From Ferroglobus placidus DSM 10642 (GTDB lineage: Archaea; Halobacteriota; Archaeoglobi; Archaeoglobales; Archaeoglobaceae), in contig NC_013849.1 in NCBI RefSeq assembly GCF_000025505.1, positions 1,620,001 through 1,652,000 on the forward strand: a stretch of 32,000 nucleotides of DNA. Direction: 5' to 3'. The translations under genes were made by a program, and so were the position numbers. Positions 8,694 to 16,775 of the stretch are shown in pieces (the first letter of the stretch is position 1; each line of letters begins with the position of its first letter). Under the pieces are notes generated by a model. That model had not been told where the DNA came from and ran no database searches. It saw nothing but the letters and a program-made list of their open reading frames with translations.

Positions 8694-8755
8694 TCCAACG
8701 AAATTGGATAAGTCCAAAAAGTTTAGACGAGTTCAAAAATCTTGGACAAATCCAA
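8694..8755. promoter_or_regulatory. Cluster of TTGGA/TCCAA inverted repeats, candidate operator
   Basis: TCCAA(8694-8698)-N5-TTGGA(8704-8708)-N4-TCCAA(8713-8717) ... TTGGA(8742-8746)-N4-TCCAA(8751-8755), just upstream of the TATA-like element. Confidence 0.4.
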
Positions 8756-8774
8756 AATTTTTGAAAAAGAAAAA

Positions 8775-8782
8775 TTTATATA
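8775..8782 (+). promoter_or_regulatory. Archaeal TATA box-like element
   Basis: TTTATATA preceded by purine-rich GAAAAAGAAAAA; 47 nt upstream of the 8829 ATG. GGAGGAG precedes that ATG. Confidence 0.6.
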
Positions 8783-8828
8783 GAAGAAGTGAAAAGGTTG
8801 AGCTGCACAACTCTGGAGGAGATGGGAA

Positions 8829-9098
8829 ATGCACGTGGTAAGAGCGGAAAATGAGGGAATAGTTAAGTGGTTGACTGTCGCAATGTGTTTGGCGATGGTA
8901 GGTGTGGCAGTGATGCCAATGGCTGTTGGAGAACTAACGTATTATTACGTCCAAAGCGGTATTTTTCCAAATGATACACTTACATTAACTATATGGAGTA
9001 GTGTAGTAGGAGTTAACGCGGCGTTGATTGGCGCAGCGGTAGCCGGTCCGGCTGGACTAGCGATCGGTATTGCAGTCGGGGTAGCTTTGCCGTGGTAA
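8829..9098 (+). CDS. Small hydrophobic peptide, candidate bacteriocin-like (possibly circular) precursor
   Basis: MHVVRAENEGIVKWLTVAMCLAMVGVAVMPMAVGELTYYYVQSGIFPNDTLTLTIWSSVVGVNAALIGAAVAGPAGLAIGIAVGVALPW*; Gly/Ala-rich C-terminal helix ending in Trp; strong RBS (GGAGGAG). Confidence 0.55.
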   Translation: MHVVRAENEGIVKWLTVAMCLAMVGVAVMPMAVGELTYYYVQSGIFPNDTLTLTIWSSVVGVNAALIGAAVAGPAGLAIGIAVGVALPW

Positions 9099-9126
9099 CG
9101 ATTTTTTAATTTTTTTGTTGGTAGTT

Positions 9127-9479
9127 ATGAACGTAAAAAACTCAAAACTGCTGATAAAGTATTAATTTTTATTATACTATTTCCTATACTTATATTTGGC
9201 TTTAATCTATTTATCGAATTAAATCAAAAACCAAATTTTATGAATGCAGCTGTATATATAGCAACTCTTCTTTTGATTGTTATCGGAATAGTTTTGATAA
9301 ATCTAACTAAGACCAAAAAATCCAATTTTTCTTTAATATTGGGCAGCATCCTAGTATTTCTGGGAATATTTGGGACTTCGTGTCTAGCCTTGTTCATATT
9401 AAAAGACATATCGTCACTAGTATTTGTTGGCATAGTTCTAATTTCTATAATTTTAATTTATTTGGTATTAAAAAAATGA
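9127..9479 (+). CDS. Multi-TM protein whose 5' end is out of frame (track ORF is 9240..9479)
   Basis: 9240..9479 encodes a 79-aa hydrophobic protein. Upstream in-frame sequence (KLKTADKVLIFIILFPILIFGFNLFIELNQKPNF) looks like another TM helix but has no ATG/GTG/TTG. An ATG at 9127 in another frame would join it by a -1 shift at A_AAA_AAC (9135-9141). Confidence 0.5.
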
Positions 9480-10036
9480 CAAGTCAAAACATAATTATAT
9501 GCATTTCAGCTCTTTTGTTTATATTAGGTGTCGTGATTGGAAGCGAAATGCCACATATTGACAATGAGAGTCAAAAATTCATTTTTCAATTCGAAAATAA
9601 ATGCTCAAATAATGTTTTATTTTTCTACTTTCTCACAAATAATCTTAGGCTGGTAGGTTTACTAATCTCCGGATCTGCATTGTTTGGAGCACCATCTTGT
9701 TTAAATCTTATGGCAAATGGAATATTTATAGGTAGTACTATAAAATCCGCAATATTGACTAATAAACTTTTAGAATTTATTCTCTTAACACTCCCCCACG
9801 GTATCTTCGAAATCCCCGCCATAATTATAGCAGGAGCAGCAGGCTTTAAAATCCCTTACGAAATCATCAGGTATTTAGCAGGCAAAAAAGAGCAAATTCT
9901 AACGAAAGAAGACATCAGAGAATACCTGACGCTTGCGCTAATCTCAATAATTCTAATCGTAATTGCAGCGTGGATAGAAGCGAACGTAACCTTAAAAATA
10001 GCTAAAGCCATGTTAAATTCGACAAAAGGTATTTGA
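9476..10036 (+). CDS. SpoIIM/DUF95-family membrane protein
   Basis: NLRLVGLLISGSALFGAPSCLNLMANGIFIGSTIKS...FILLTLPHGIFEIPAIIIAGAAGFKIPYEIIRYL is a typical SpoIIM/DUF95 core. ATGA overlap with the upstream gene. Confidence 0.85.
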   Translation: MTSQNIIICISALLFILGVVIGSEMPHIDNESQKFIFQFENKCSNNVLFFYFLTNNLRLVGLLISGSALFGAPSCLNLMANGIFIGSTIKSAILTNKLLEFILLTLPHGIFEIPAIIIAGAAGFKIPYEIIRYLAGKKEQILTKEDIREYLTLALISIILIVIAAWIEANVTLKIAKAMLNSTKGI

Positions 10037-10051
10037 GTCGGGGGGGTACAC

Positions 10052-10258
10052 GTGAAAACACCTACATTCAGCTGGAAAGTACCGATGTTAATTTTATCGC
10101 TCACAACTGCAATTTTGATAAGTATCTCTCTTTATTTGCCAGAACCGATCGTTTACGCTGCATATCCCACCACTGTAGGAATTTTGCTTTTCGTAACCTT
10201 TAGCCTTAAGCGGGGGCAGCGTTATGGTAGCAAGAGATGCAAGAATCGAGAAAATTAG
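10052..10258 (+). CDS. 68-aa protein with two TM helices and a cationic tail, GTG start
   Basis: MKTPTFSWKVPMLILSLTTAILISISLYLPEPIVYAAYPTTVGILLFVTFSLKRGQRYGSKRCKNREN; GGGGGGT-like RBS; overlaps the next gene. Confidence 0.5.
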   Translation: MKTPTFSWKVPMLILSLTTAILISISLYLPEPIVYAAYPTTVGILLFVTFSLKRGQRYGSKRCKNREN

Positions 10259-10685
10259 AGAGTGGAGGATTGTAACGGCTATATTTTTTCCGATTTCTTT
10301 TCTCTTTGTGTTTATTGCTTACTTCATGGCGTACATTTTCAAGGATAAGATCCTCGATCTCACGCCCTATGTTACCACGTACCTCATAGGATTTGTTGCG
10401 GGATGTTTTATGACAGAAAAAATAACGAAGTTCAGCGAATGGTTAACTCACGCGAAAGATCAGCCGAACATGAGAAAATGGTTTTTAACAGGCTGGATAC
10501 TCGCTTACTTCATTGCTATATCCATCTCTTACGTTTACGCCACTTTATACGAAATAAGTTATAAGCTCGACAACTGGCTGATAGGCTGGGGATTGCTGTT
10601 TAGCGCCACAACCTTCATGGGGTTTTTTGGAGGTTCTGGTTTCTACATCTACAAGAAAACTGGAGAAGCTCTTAACGAATTTTGA
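10224..10685 (+). CDS. Membrane protein, about 4 TM helices, unknown function
   Basis: 153-aa ORF with four clear hydrophobic segments; overlaps the preceding ORF by 35 nt. Confidence 0.65.
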   Translation: MVARDARIEKIREWRIVTAIFFPISFLFVFIAYFMAYIFKDKILDLTPYVTTYLIGFVAGCFMTEKITKFSEWLTHAKDQPNMRKWFLTGWILAYFIAISISYVYATLYEISYKLDNWLIGWGLLFSATTFMGFFGGSGFYIYKKTGEALNEF

Positions 10686-10702
10686 AGCGTTTAAACCTTA
10701 AG

Positions 10703-12043
10703 CTACTTCCTTCTTAGCTTAGAAATGAAGAAGCCGGCAGTGTCGTGCTTGTGAGGGTAAGTTCTCACCACGAGTTCGGCGTAAGGGAATCTCTTCTTTC
10801 CGTATCTGGAAATTCCTTTGTCTCCGAAGCCAATGTAAGCATCTTCAACTTTTAAAAACTTGCTCGCGAATAAGACGTTCTCTTCGTTCTCTTCAAAGGT
10901 TATTGAACACGTTGAATATACGATTTCGTCCCCTATTTTCGAGGCGTTTTTGAGCATCTTCCTCTGCAATTCCACGGTTTTCCAGAAAAGCCTCGGATCG
11001 TACCTCCACTTAACGCTCGGGTAGTTTCTTACAGAGCCGGTTGAGGAGCAAGGAGGATCGAGGAGAACTTTGTCAGCTTCGAGCTCGATTTTCGAAGCAT
11101 CGCCGAGTAAAATTTTCACGTTTTCAACTCCGAGCTTATTCAACCTCGCCCTCATTCTTTCGAGCCTTTCCTTGGAGTTGTCAACCGCTATAATTTTCCC
11201 TTTATTTTCCATCAACGCAGCCATGTGACTCGTTTTTGAACCGGGAGCGGCGCAAAGATCTGCAACGACATCTCCCGGCTCGGGATTCAGCGTTCTTGAG
11301 ACCAAGCAGGATGCAAGATCTTGAATGACGAACAGCTCGTTATGTCCGTCCAAGTAAGCCGGAGGTTTGTCGTAACTTACGACTTTGAAAACCTCCGGAA
11401 GGAATGTCTCCTCCACTATCACATCGTTCTTTTCCAGATACCTCCTTAGATTCTCTTCGCTCGTTTTTAGTGTGTTGACTCTAATGTAAATCGTGTTTTC
11501 CAAATTGGCTATCAAAAGCTCCTCAACTTCTATCCCAAGCTTTTCAGCCATTTTAACGTACCACTCCGGGTGGAAGTACTTCAAAGCCAAGTACTTGGTT
11601 CTGCTGAGCTTCTCCATTTCCTTCTTCAAATCCACCCTCTCAGCCTTCCTCAAAATAGCGTTGACAAATGAGGCTGCTTTTATCCCAAATCTCTTTTTTG
11701 CTATTCTAACGGCACAGTCCGTAGCTAAGGCTGGGGGAACTTTTTTGAAGAAAATCTCGTAAGTTGCTATTCTCAAAAGATTTCTCACGAAAGGCTTCAC
11801 GTCTTCAAGCTTCTTCGGCTTTAAGGCTTTTTCGAGAATGAAGTCTATAACGTTCCTCCTCTTAGATACTTCCATCACGTAAGCGTGAACTGCCCCTCTT
11901 ATCTTGTAATCGACGTTTTTTCCTAAAAAGAACCTTCTAAGCAGTTCTTTTTCCGAAATAACTTCTTTATCAAGCTTCTCAAGTATCTCAGCAGCAATCT
12001 CCTGATTTACTATTACATCACCACCATCTGCGCGTGCCAACAT
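10703..12043 (-). CDS. NOL1/NOP2/Sun-family RNA (cytosine-5) methyltransferase with NusB-like N-terminus
   Basis: VADLCAAPGSKTSHMAALMENKGKIIAVDNSKERLERMRARLNKLG; VLLDPPCSSTGSVRNYPSVKW; EIVYSTCSITFEENEENV. Confidence 0.92.
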   Translation of the reverse strand: MLARADGGDVIVNQEIAAEILEKLDKEVISEKELLRRFFLGKNVDYKIRGAVHAYVMEVSKRRNVIDFILEKALKPKKLEDVKPFVRNLLRIATYEIFFKKVPPALATDCAVRIAKKRFGIKAASFVNAILRKAERVDLKKEMEKLSRTKYLALKYFHPEWYVKMAEKLGIEVEELLIANLENTIYIRVNTLKTSEENLRRYLEKNDVIVEETFLPEVFKVVSYDKPPAYLDGHNELFVIQDLASCLVSRTLNPEPGDVVADLCAAPGSKTSHMAALMENKGKIIAVDNSKERLERMRARLNKLGVENVKILLGDASKIELEADKVLLDPPCSSTGSVRNYPSVKWRYDPRLFWKTVELQRKMLKNASKIGDEIVYSTCSITFEENEENVLFASKFLKVEDAYIGFGDKGISRYGKKRFPYAELVVRTYPHKHDTAGFFISKLRRK

Positions 12044-12309
12044 TCTCCTATCTTCAAAACCCTACTTTCATCTATTATCCCTATGGATATGGCAAGTTTC
12101 ACAGCATTTTTTCCAGTTATGTTTGCTATAGTTGCCTGCCTCAGCGCTCTTTTAACCTCTTCCTCGTCGTAGCTTTCTTTTCCGTAAAACTCTTCTTTTA
12201 CCTCAATTTTTAAATCCTTTTCCCTGAAGGTCTTGCCGACTATGTCTTCATCGCACACAGCAACGAGCACTTCCCCTCTTACTCTGTAAATCTTCATTCT
12301 GAACTTCAT
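12013..12309 (-). CDS. DUF424 family protein
   Basis: VLVAVCDEDIVGKTFREKDLKIEVKEEFYGKE...ATIANITGKNAVKLAISIGIIDESRVLKIGECWHAQMVVM. Confidence 0.8.
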   Translation of the reverse strand: MKFRMKIYRVRGEVLVAVCDEDIVGKTFREKDLKIEVKEEFYGKESYDEEEVKRALRQATIANITGKNAVKLAISIGIIDESRVLKIGECWHAQMVVM

Positions 12310-12713
12310 ATGCTTCTGACTGAATGCTTCGCTCCGCAAGCGAGACACTTAACGAAGAGTATTCTCTCCTCCCTAACAAGCTCCGTATCCGGAGCCCCGC
12401 ATTCTCTGCATAGAACGTAGGTTTTGACGTAGTCGTCTATTTCCTTCTGAACCTCCTCTTCGGTAAACTTACCCTGAAGAACGAGCCTTCCACTTTCTAT
12501 AACTCCAGCCGTACCCAATGAGCGGACGAGATACTTAAATATGTGCTCTTCACTCCTGTTGAGTGCTTTAGCGATGCTTGAGAAGTTCTTGATTATCGTT
12601 TTTGCACCTTCCCTCTGCAAGGAAACCTTAGGAATTTCGAACCTCTCCCTCTTTACAACGTTCTCCGGAAGCATCTTCAGTGCCCTTTCAAGAAGTTCCT
12701 CGTAACTCCTCAT
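12306..12713 (-). CDS. Translation initiation factor aIF2 subunit beta
   Basis: MRSYEELLERALKMLPENVVKRERFEIPK...HIFKYLVRSLGTAGVIESGRLVLQGKF...YVLCRECGAPDTEL...LFVKCLACGAKHSV. Confidence 0.95.
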   Translation of the reverse strand: MRSYEELLERALKMLPENVVKRERFEIPKVSLQREGAKTIIKNFSSIAKALNRSEEHIFKYLVRSLGTAGVIESGRLVLQGKFTEEEVQKEIDDYVKTYVLCRECGAPDTELVREERILFVKCLACGAKHSVRSI

Positions 12714-13101
12714 AATCGAGTCTCTCTATCTTACCGTAATTAAGTTTTACCTCGTTAACGAATTTTTCTGGATAATTCTCAGAGTAAAAGAGGTGGGACT
12801 TGCACTTACAATCCGAGCAACCGAAGTTCTTTATTCCTTCCATAAGGCTTGAAGCAAGCTTCGCAAGCTCGCATTCGTTAACTCCAACTTTGAAAGCGTC
12901 TACAAAGTTCGCTTCTACGCTGAAGTAATCTACGTGCCACCTCATCTTCTTGTCCTTCCTCATGTGCCTTCTGACTCTCTTGTTCAAACCTCTCTTTGCG
13001 CTTCCGACGTAAACGTAGTAACCCTTTTTGAAGTCTATCTCTCCGAGCTTTCCTACTCTAATTTTTTTGTCCTTCTCCAGCTTAAAAATCACGAAGTACA
13101 T
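12688..13101 (-). CDS. DUF123 / GIY-YIG-type nuclease domain protein
   Basis: GYYVYVGSAKRGLNKRVRRHMRKDKKMRWHVDYF; C-terminal Cys cluster CSDCKCKSHLFY. Confidence 0.85.
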   Translation of the reverse strand: MYFVIFKLEKDKKIRVGKLGEIDFKKGYYVYVGSAKRGLNKRVRRHMRKDKKMRWHVDYFSVEANFVDAFKVGVNECELAKLASSLMEGIKNFGCSDCKCKSHLFYSENYPEKFVNEVKLNYGKIERLDYEELRGTS

Positions 13102-13140
13102 GAAAACGGTTTTATTCTTCGCAACCTTAATACTTTCTTA

Positions 13141-13587
13141 ATGCACGTACTGGACGCTACGGCAATAATAGCGAGAAAGAAAGTGGAAGATGCGATAACC
13201 ACTCCGGAAGTCGTTGAAGAGATAAAAGATGAGGATTCAAAGCTTTATCTGGACGTAAGCGGAATTAAAGTTGAAGAAGCAAAAGAAGAGTTCGTCGAAA
13301 AAGTTCTGGAAGCTGCGAAAAAAACTGGAGATATCCACAAGCTGAGCAGGGCTGACATAAGCGTTCTCGCAAAAGCGTTGGAATACAACGCTACTATTAT
13401 TACCGACGATTACGCAGTTCAAAACGTTGCAAAGGCTTTGAAGCTGAAATTCGAGCCAGTCATTCATTCGGGTATAAGAAAATCATTTAAGTGGATTAAA
13501 GTTTGTAGAGGATGTGGTAGAAAAATTGAATCTGAAATCTGTCCCGTTTGCGGTAGCGAAGCCAAGTTGAGGAGGGTGAGAAAATGA
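13141..13587 (+). CDS. nob1: Nob1-type rRNA maturation endonuclease (PIN domain plus zinc ribbon)
   Basis: MHVLDATAIIARK ... ADISVLAKALEYNATIITDDYAVQNVAKAL ... CRGCGRKIESEICPVCGSEAKLRR. Start corrected from the track's 12934. Confidence 0.93.
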   Translation: MHVLDATAIIARKKVEDAITTPEVVEEIKDEDSKLYLDVSGIKVEEAKEEFVEKVLEAAKKTGDIHKLSRADISVLAKALEYNATIITDDYAVQNVAKALKLKFEPVIHSGIRKSFKWIKVCRGCGRKIESEICPVCGSEAKLRRVRK

Positions 13588-14165
13588 GCAGGCTCGAGGA
13601 GTTGATAGAAAAGGCGAGAAAGTTAAAGGAAAAAGGTCTCACGACTGGAGAGATAGCTGACGAGCTGAACGTTTCGAGGGAGACGGCTATGTGGCTTTTA
13701 ACGAGAGCTACAGCAAAGCCTTCTGACGTTTACGTTGAGCTGAACACGCTGACGTCTTCGGCTTTCAGATTGAGGAGAATAGCCGAGATATTAGCGGACA
13801 TAATACTTGATGTTGGAGAGCCGGATGTTGTGGTGGGAATAGCTACTTCCGGTATTCCCCTCGCTACGATGGTTGCTCAGGAGATAACGAGCGAGATAGC
13901 TGTGTACTATCCGAAGAAGCTTAGGTGGGAGAAGGAGGAGAAGCACATCTCCGGGACTTTAAGCGAGAATTTCGCAAAGATCGACGGAAAGAGCTGTGCG
14001 ATAGTTGACGACATAATGACGACCGGCTCTACAATTAAAGAAGTTATAGAGTACGTTCAAAACAAAGGAAAGGCTCTTTGTGCCGCTGTAATAGTTAACA
14101 AGACGGGTTTGGATGAGATAAACAACGTGCCGATTTACAGCCTGATAAGGATAGAGAGGCTCTAA
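13584..14165 (+). CDS. GfcR-like orotate phosphoribosyltransferase-related HTH protein
   Basis: N-terminal HTH (GLTTGEIADELNVSRETAMWLLTRA), PRPP loop CAIVDDIMTTGSTIKEVIEYV. Confidence 0.88.
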   Translation: MSRLEELIEKARKLKEKGLTTGEIADELNVSRETAMWLLTRATAKPSDVYVELNTLTSSAFRLRRIAEILADIILDVGEPDVVVGIATSGIPLATMVAQEITSEIAVYYPKKLRWEKEEKHISGTLSENFAKIDGKSCAIVDDIMTTGSTIKEVIEYVQNKGKALCAAVIVNKTGLDEINNVPIYSLIRIERL

Positions 14166-15083
14166 ATGAAAGTCACGGTAATAATTCCAACGCTGAACGA
14201 AGAGGAGAGCATAGGAGAAATTGTTGAGAAATTCGTAGGAATGGGATACGAGGTTTTCGTAATAGACGGCAACAGCACTGACAGAACGAGAGAAATTGCT
14301 GAAAGGAAGGGGGCTAAAGTAGTTATTCAGAGCGGGAAGGGGAAAGGACAGGCTGTAAAAGAGGCTTTTCAGCTCGTGGACAGTGACGTAGTGGTTCTAA
14401 TCGACGGAGACGGAACTTACCTTCCTGAGGAAGTTGAAAAACTGTTGGAGCCGATAAGGAGGGATGTAGCAGATCACGTGGCTGGAAACAGGCTTGAAAA
14501 TTTTGAGAAAGGGGCTTTCACGAGGTTGAATTTGCTCGGAAACAAAATTTTGAATCTCTTCTTCAGGCTTTTTTACGGAGTCGAACTTTACGACATCCTC
14601 ACCGGCTATCGAGCGATGAAGAGAGAAGTTTACAAATCCTTCGAACTCGAAAAGACTGGATTTGAAATCGAAGCGGAAATGACAGTAGAGACGATAGCCA
14701 ACGGCTTTAGGATCATGGAAGTTCCGATAACCTACAAGAAAAGAAAAGGAAGAACGAAACTAAGACCGATAAAAGACGGAATCAGAATCGCTTTAACTCT
14801 TTATTCCTTGCTAAAAAAGTACAGTCCGGGGAGGTACTTCTACTTCATCGGGAGTCTTTTGCTTTTCTTCGGACTTCTCTCCGGAGCTATAACGGTTTAC
14901 GACTGGTTCAGAAACATCACTCATTACCTGCTGGCTGTTTTAACAGCTCTTCTGATAATTTCTGGCTTGCAGATAATCCTGATCGGAGTAATAAGTGACG
15001 TTCTCGTGAGAAACTATGCAACACTCAAAAGAGAAATAGAGGATCTGAGGAGGGAATTTCGTGAAAGTAAGAGAAATAGTTGA
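14166..15083 (+). CDS. Family 2 glycosyltransferase (dolichyl-phosphate sugar synthase-like)
   Basis: VIIPTLNEEESIGEIVEKF, VDGDGTYLPEE, DILTGYRAMKREV, EMTVETIANGFRIMEVPITYKKRKG; C-terminal TM helices. Confidence 0.85.
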   Translation: MKVTVIIPTLNEEESIGEIVEKFVGMGYEVFVIDGNSTDRTREIAERKGAKVVIQSGKGKGQAVKEAFQLVDSDVVVLIDGDGTYLPEEVEKLLEPIRRDVADHVAGNRLENFEKGAFTRLNLLGNKILNLFFRLFYGVELYDILTGYRAMKREVYKSFELEKTGFEIEAEMTVETIANGFRIMEVPITYKKRKGRTKLRPIKDGIRIALTLYSLLKKYSPGRYFYFIGSLLLFFGLLSGAITVYDWFRNITHYLLAVLTALLIISGLQIILIGVISDVLVRNYATLKREIEDLRREFRESKRNS

Positions 15084-16059
15084 GCTTTTCGAAAAAAGCA
15101 TCCACGAACTCGGAAAAATGGCTGATTCGCTCAACGACGGCTACGCAACTTTCGTTTTGAACAAGCACATCAACTACTCCAACGTATGCGAATCGAAGTG
15201 TCCGATTTGCGCTTACCACAGCGACAACGGTTTCACAAAAAGCGTTGATGAAGTCGTTAGAGAAGCTTTAGAGGCTGTAAAGCTCGGAGTTAAGGAGCTT
15301 CATATCGTCGGCTCCCACAATCCGGAGCTCGGCGTAGAGTACTTCGAGGAGATTTTCAGAAAAATCTCGGAGAAAAGCGATGCGGTGATAAAAGCTCTCA
15401 CGGCAACGGAAGTTTATTATTACTCAAAAAAAGAGAAGATGAGCGTTAGAGAGTTTTTGTCCAGACTGAAAGAGGCTGGATTGAAAATGCTTCCCGGGGG
15501 AGGAGCCGAAATTTTAGCTGAGAGGGTTAGAAGAATTATTTCTCCGAGAAAAGCCTCAGCAGAAAGGTGGCTCAAAGTCATGAAGATAGCACACTCCTTG
15601 GGAATCAAAAGCAACGCTACGATGCTTTTCGGGCACGTGGAAAGTTATAGAGACATAGCTATTCACCTCTACAGACTCAGAAAGCTTCAGGAAAAGACGA
15701 ACGGATTCGTTTCTTTCATCCCTCTCCTTTACCATCCCGAGAACACGAAGCTTGGAGGGGAGAAGGCGAGTGCAGTTAAAATTCTGAAAACGATAGCAGT
15801 CTCGAGAATAGTTCTCGACGACTTCAAGGGAATAAAAGCTTACTGGGTCATGCTTGGAGAAGATCTGGCGACTTTGGCTTTAAACTACGGTGCAAACGAT
15901 GTGGATGGAACTGTTTTGGGGGAGAAGATTGCTCACTCTGCCGGAGCGAAAACGCCGAGGGCTATGACGGTGGAAAGGCTCGTGAAAATGATAAAAAGAG
16001 CCGGGAAAATTCCAGCTGAAAGGGATTCGTTCTTCAACGTGATAAGATGCTACGAATAG
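15061..16059 (+). CDS. mqnE: Radical SAM aminofutalosine synthase-like
   Basis: NYSNVCESKCPICAYHSDNGFT (CX3CX2C), HIVGSHNPELGVEYFEE, LPGGGAEILAERVRRIISPRKASAERWL, NATMLFGHVES, SFIPLLYHPENTKL. Confidence 0.82.
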   Translation: MKVREIVELFEKSIHELGKMADSLNDGYATFVLNKHINYSNVCESKCPICAYHSDNGFTKSVDEVVREALEAVKLGVKELHIVGSHNPELGVEYFEEIFRKISEKSDAVIKALTATEVYYYSKKEKMSVREFLSRLKEAGLKMLPGGGAEILAERVRRIISPRKASAERWLKVMKIAHSLGIKSNATMLFGHVESYRDIAIHLYRLRKLQEKTNGFVSFIPLLYHPENTKLGGEKASAVKILKTIAVSRIVLDDFKGIKAYWVMLGEDLATLALNYGANDVDGTVLGEKIAHSAGAKTPRAMTVERLVKMIKRAGKIPAERDSFFNVIRCYE

Positions 16060-16775
16060 GTAAGTTCGGATTCATTAATAACTTTCTGGCTTACTACAAG
16101 CTGGAAAAAGAAGGTAAATACGAGATCGTCAAAGCGGATCCTAAAGCTCTCGCCGAACTTTTTGAAAAAAATTACGTTGATTACGCACCGGTTCCGAGCT
16201 ATTACTACCTCAAGAAGAAGCCGAAGAGGCATAAATTCTGCGTAGCCTCAAACGGGGAAGTTTACAGCGTTATCGTCATCTCTAAGGGAAAAAAGCTCGG
16301 AGAAAAGATTGCAGCCACTTCCAAGTCGATGACTTCGGTGAACATGCTCAGGATAATAGTTAAAGAAAGGGGTTTGAAAAGCGAAGTCGTTCAAGTAAGT
16401 GGAAGCTACAGAGAGATTCTGAAAGATTACGAGAGCGCGCTCTTAATAGGAGACGAGGCGATAAAGGCGAGGATGGTTTACAGAGTTGCGATGGACTTGG
16501 GAGAGGAGTGGAAGGATTTAACAGGACTTCCAGCCGTATTCGGCGTGGCTGTTTCCAACGGAGCTGGGGAAAAGATAGACGAAGACGTTCTGAATTCCGT
16601 TAGGTGGGGTAGGGAAAACATCGATGTTGTTGTGGAAGAGGCGAGCAAAAAATTCAGACTTCCCGAAGAGTTTCTCGAAACGTATTTTGAAGCTTTGATT
16701 CACGAAATGGGGAGAAAAGAGGAGAGGGGGTTAAGGGAATATGAGGAGTTATGTAAAGCCCACGGACTACTATGA
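16047..16775 (+). CDS. mqnA: Chorismate dehydratase-like (futalosine menaquinone pathway)
   Basis: LRIGKFGFINNFLAYYKLE, SALLIGDEAIKAR, DLGEEWKDLTGLPAVFGVAVSNG; located between mqnE and mqnC. Confidence 0.82.
   Translation: MLRIGKFGFINNFLAYYKLEKEGKYEIVKADPKALAELFEKNYVDYAPVPSYYYLKKKPKRHKFCVASNGEVYSVIVISKGKKLGEKIAATSKSMTSVNMLRIIVKERGLKSEVVQVSGSYREILKDYESALLIGDEAIKARMVYRVAMDLGEEWKDLTGLPAVFGVAVSNGAGEKIDEDVLNSVRWGRENIDVVVEEASKKFRLPEEFLETYFEALIHEMGRKEERGLREYEELCKAHGLL

Noticed and set aside
9141-9185. Stem-loop downstream of A_AAA_AAC as a stimulator of -1 frameshifting
   Set aside because: Only a weak AT-only pairing (AGTAT/ATACT) is visible, which would not be stable in a hyperthermophile. I keep the frameshift observation but not a structured stimulator.
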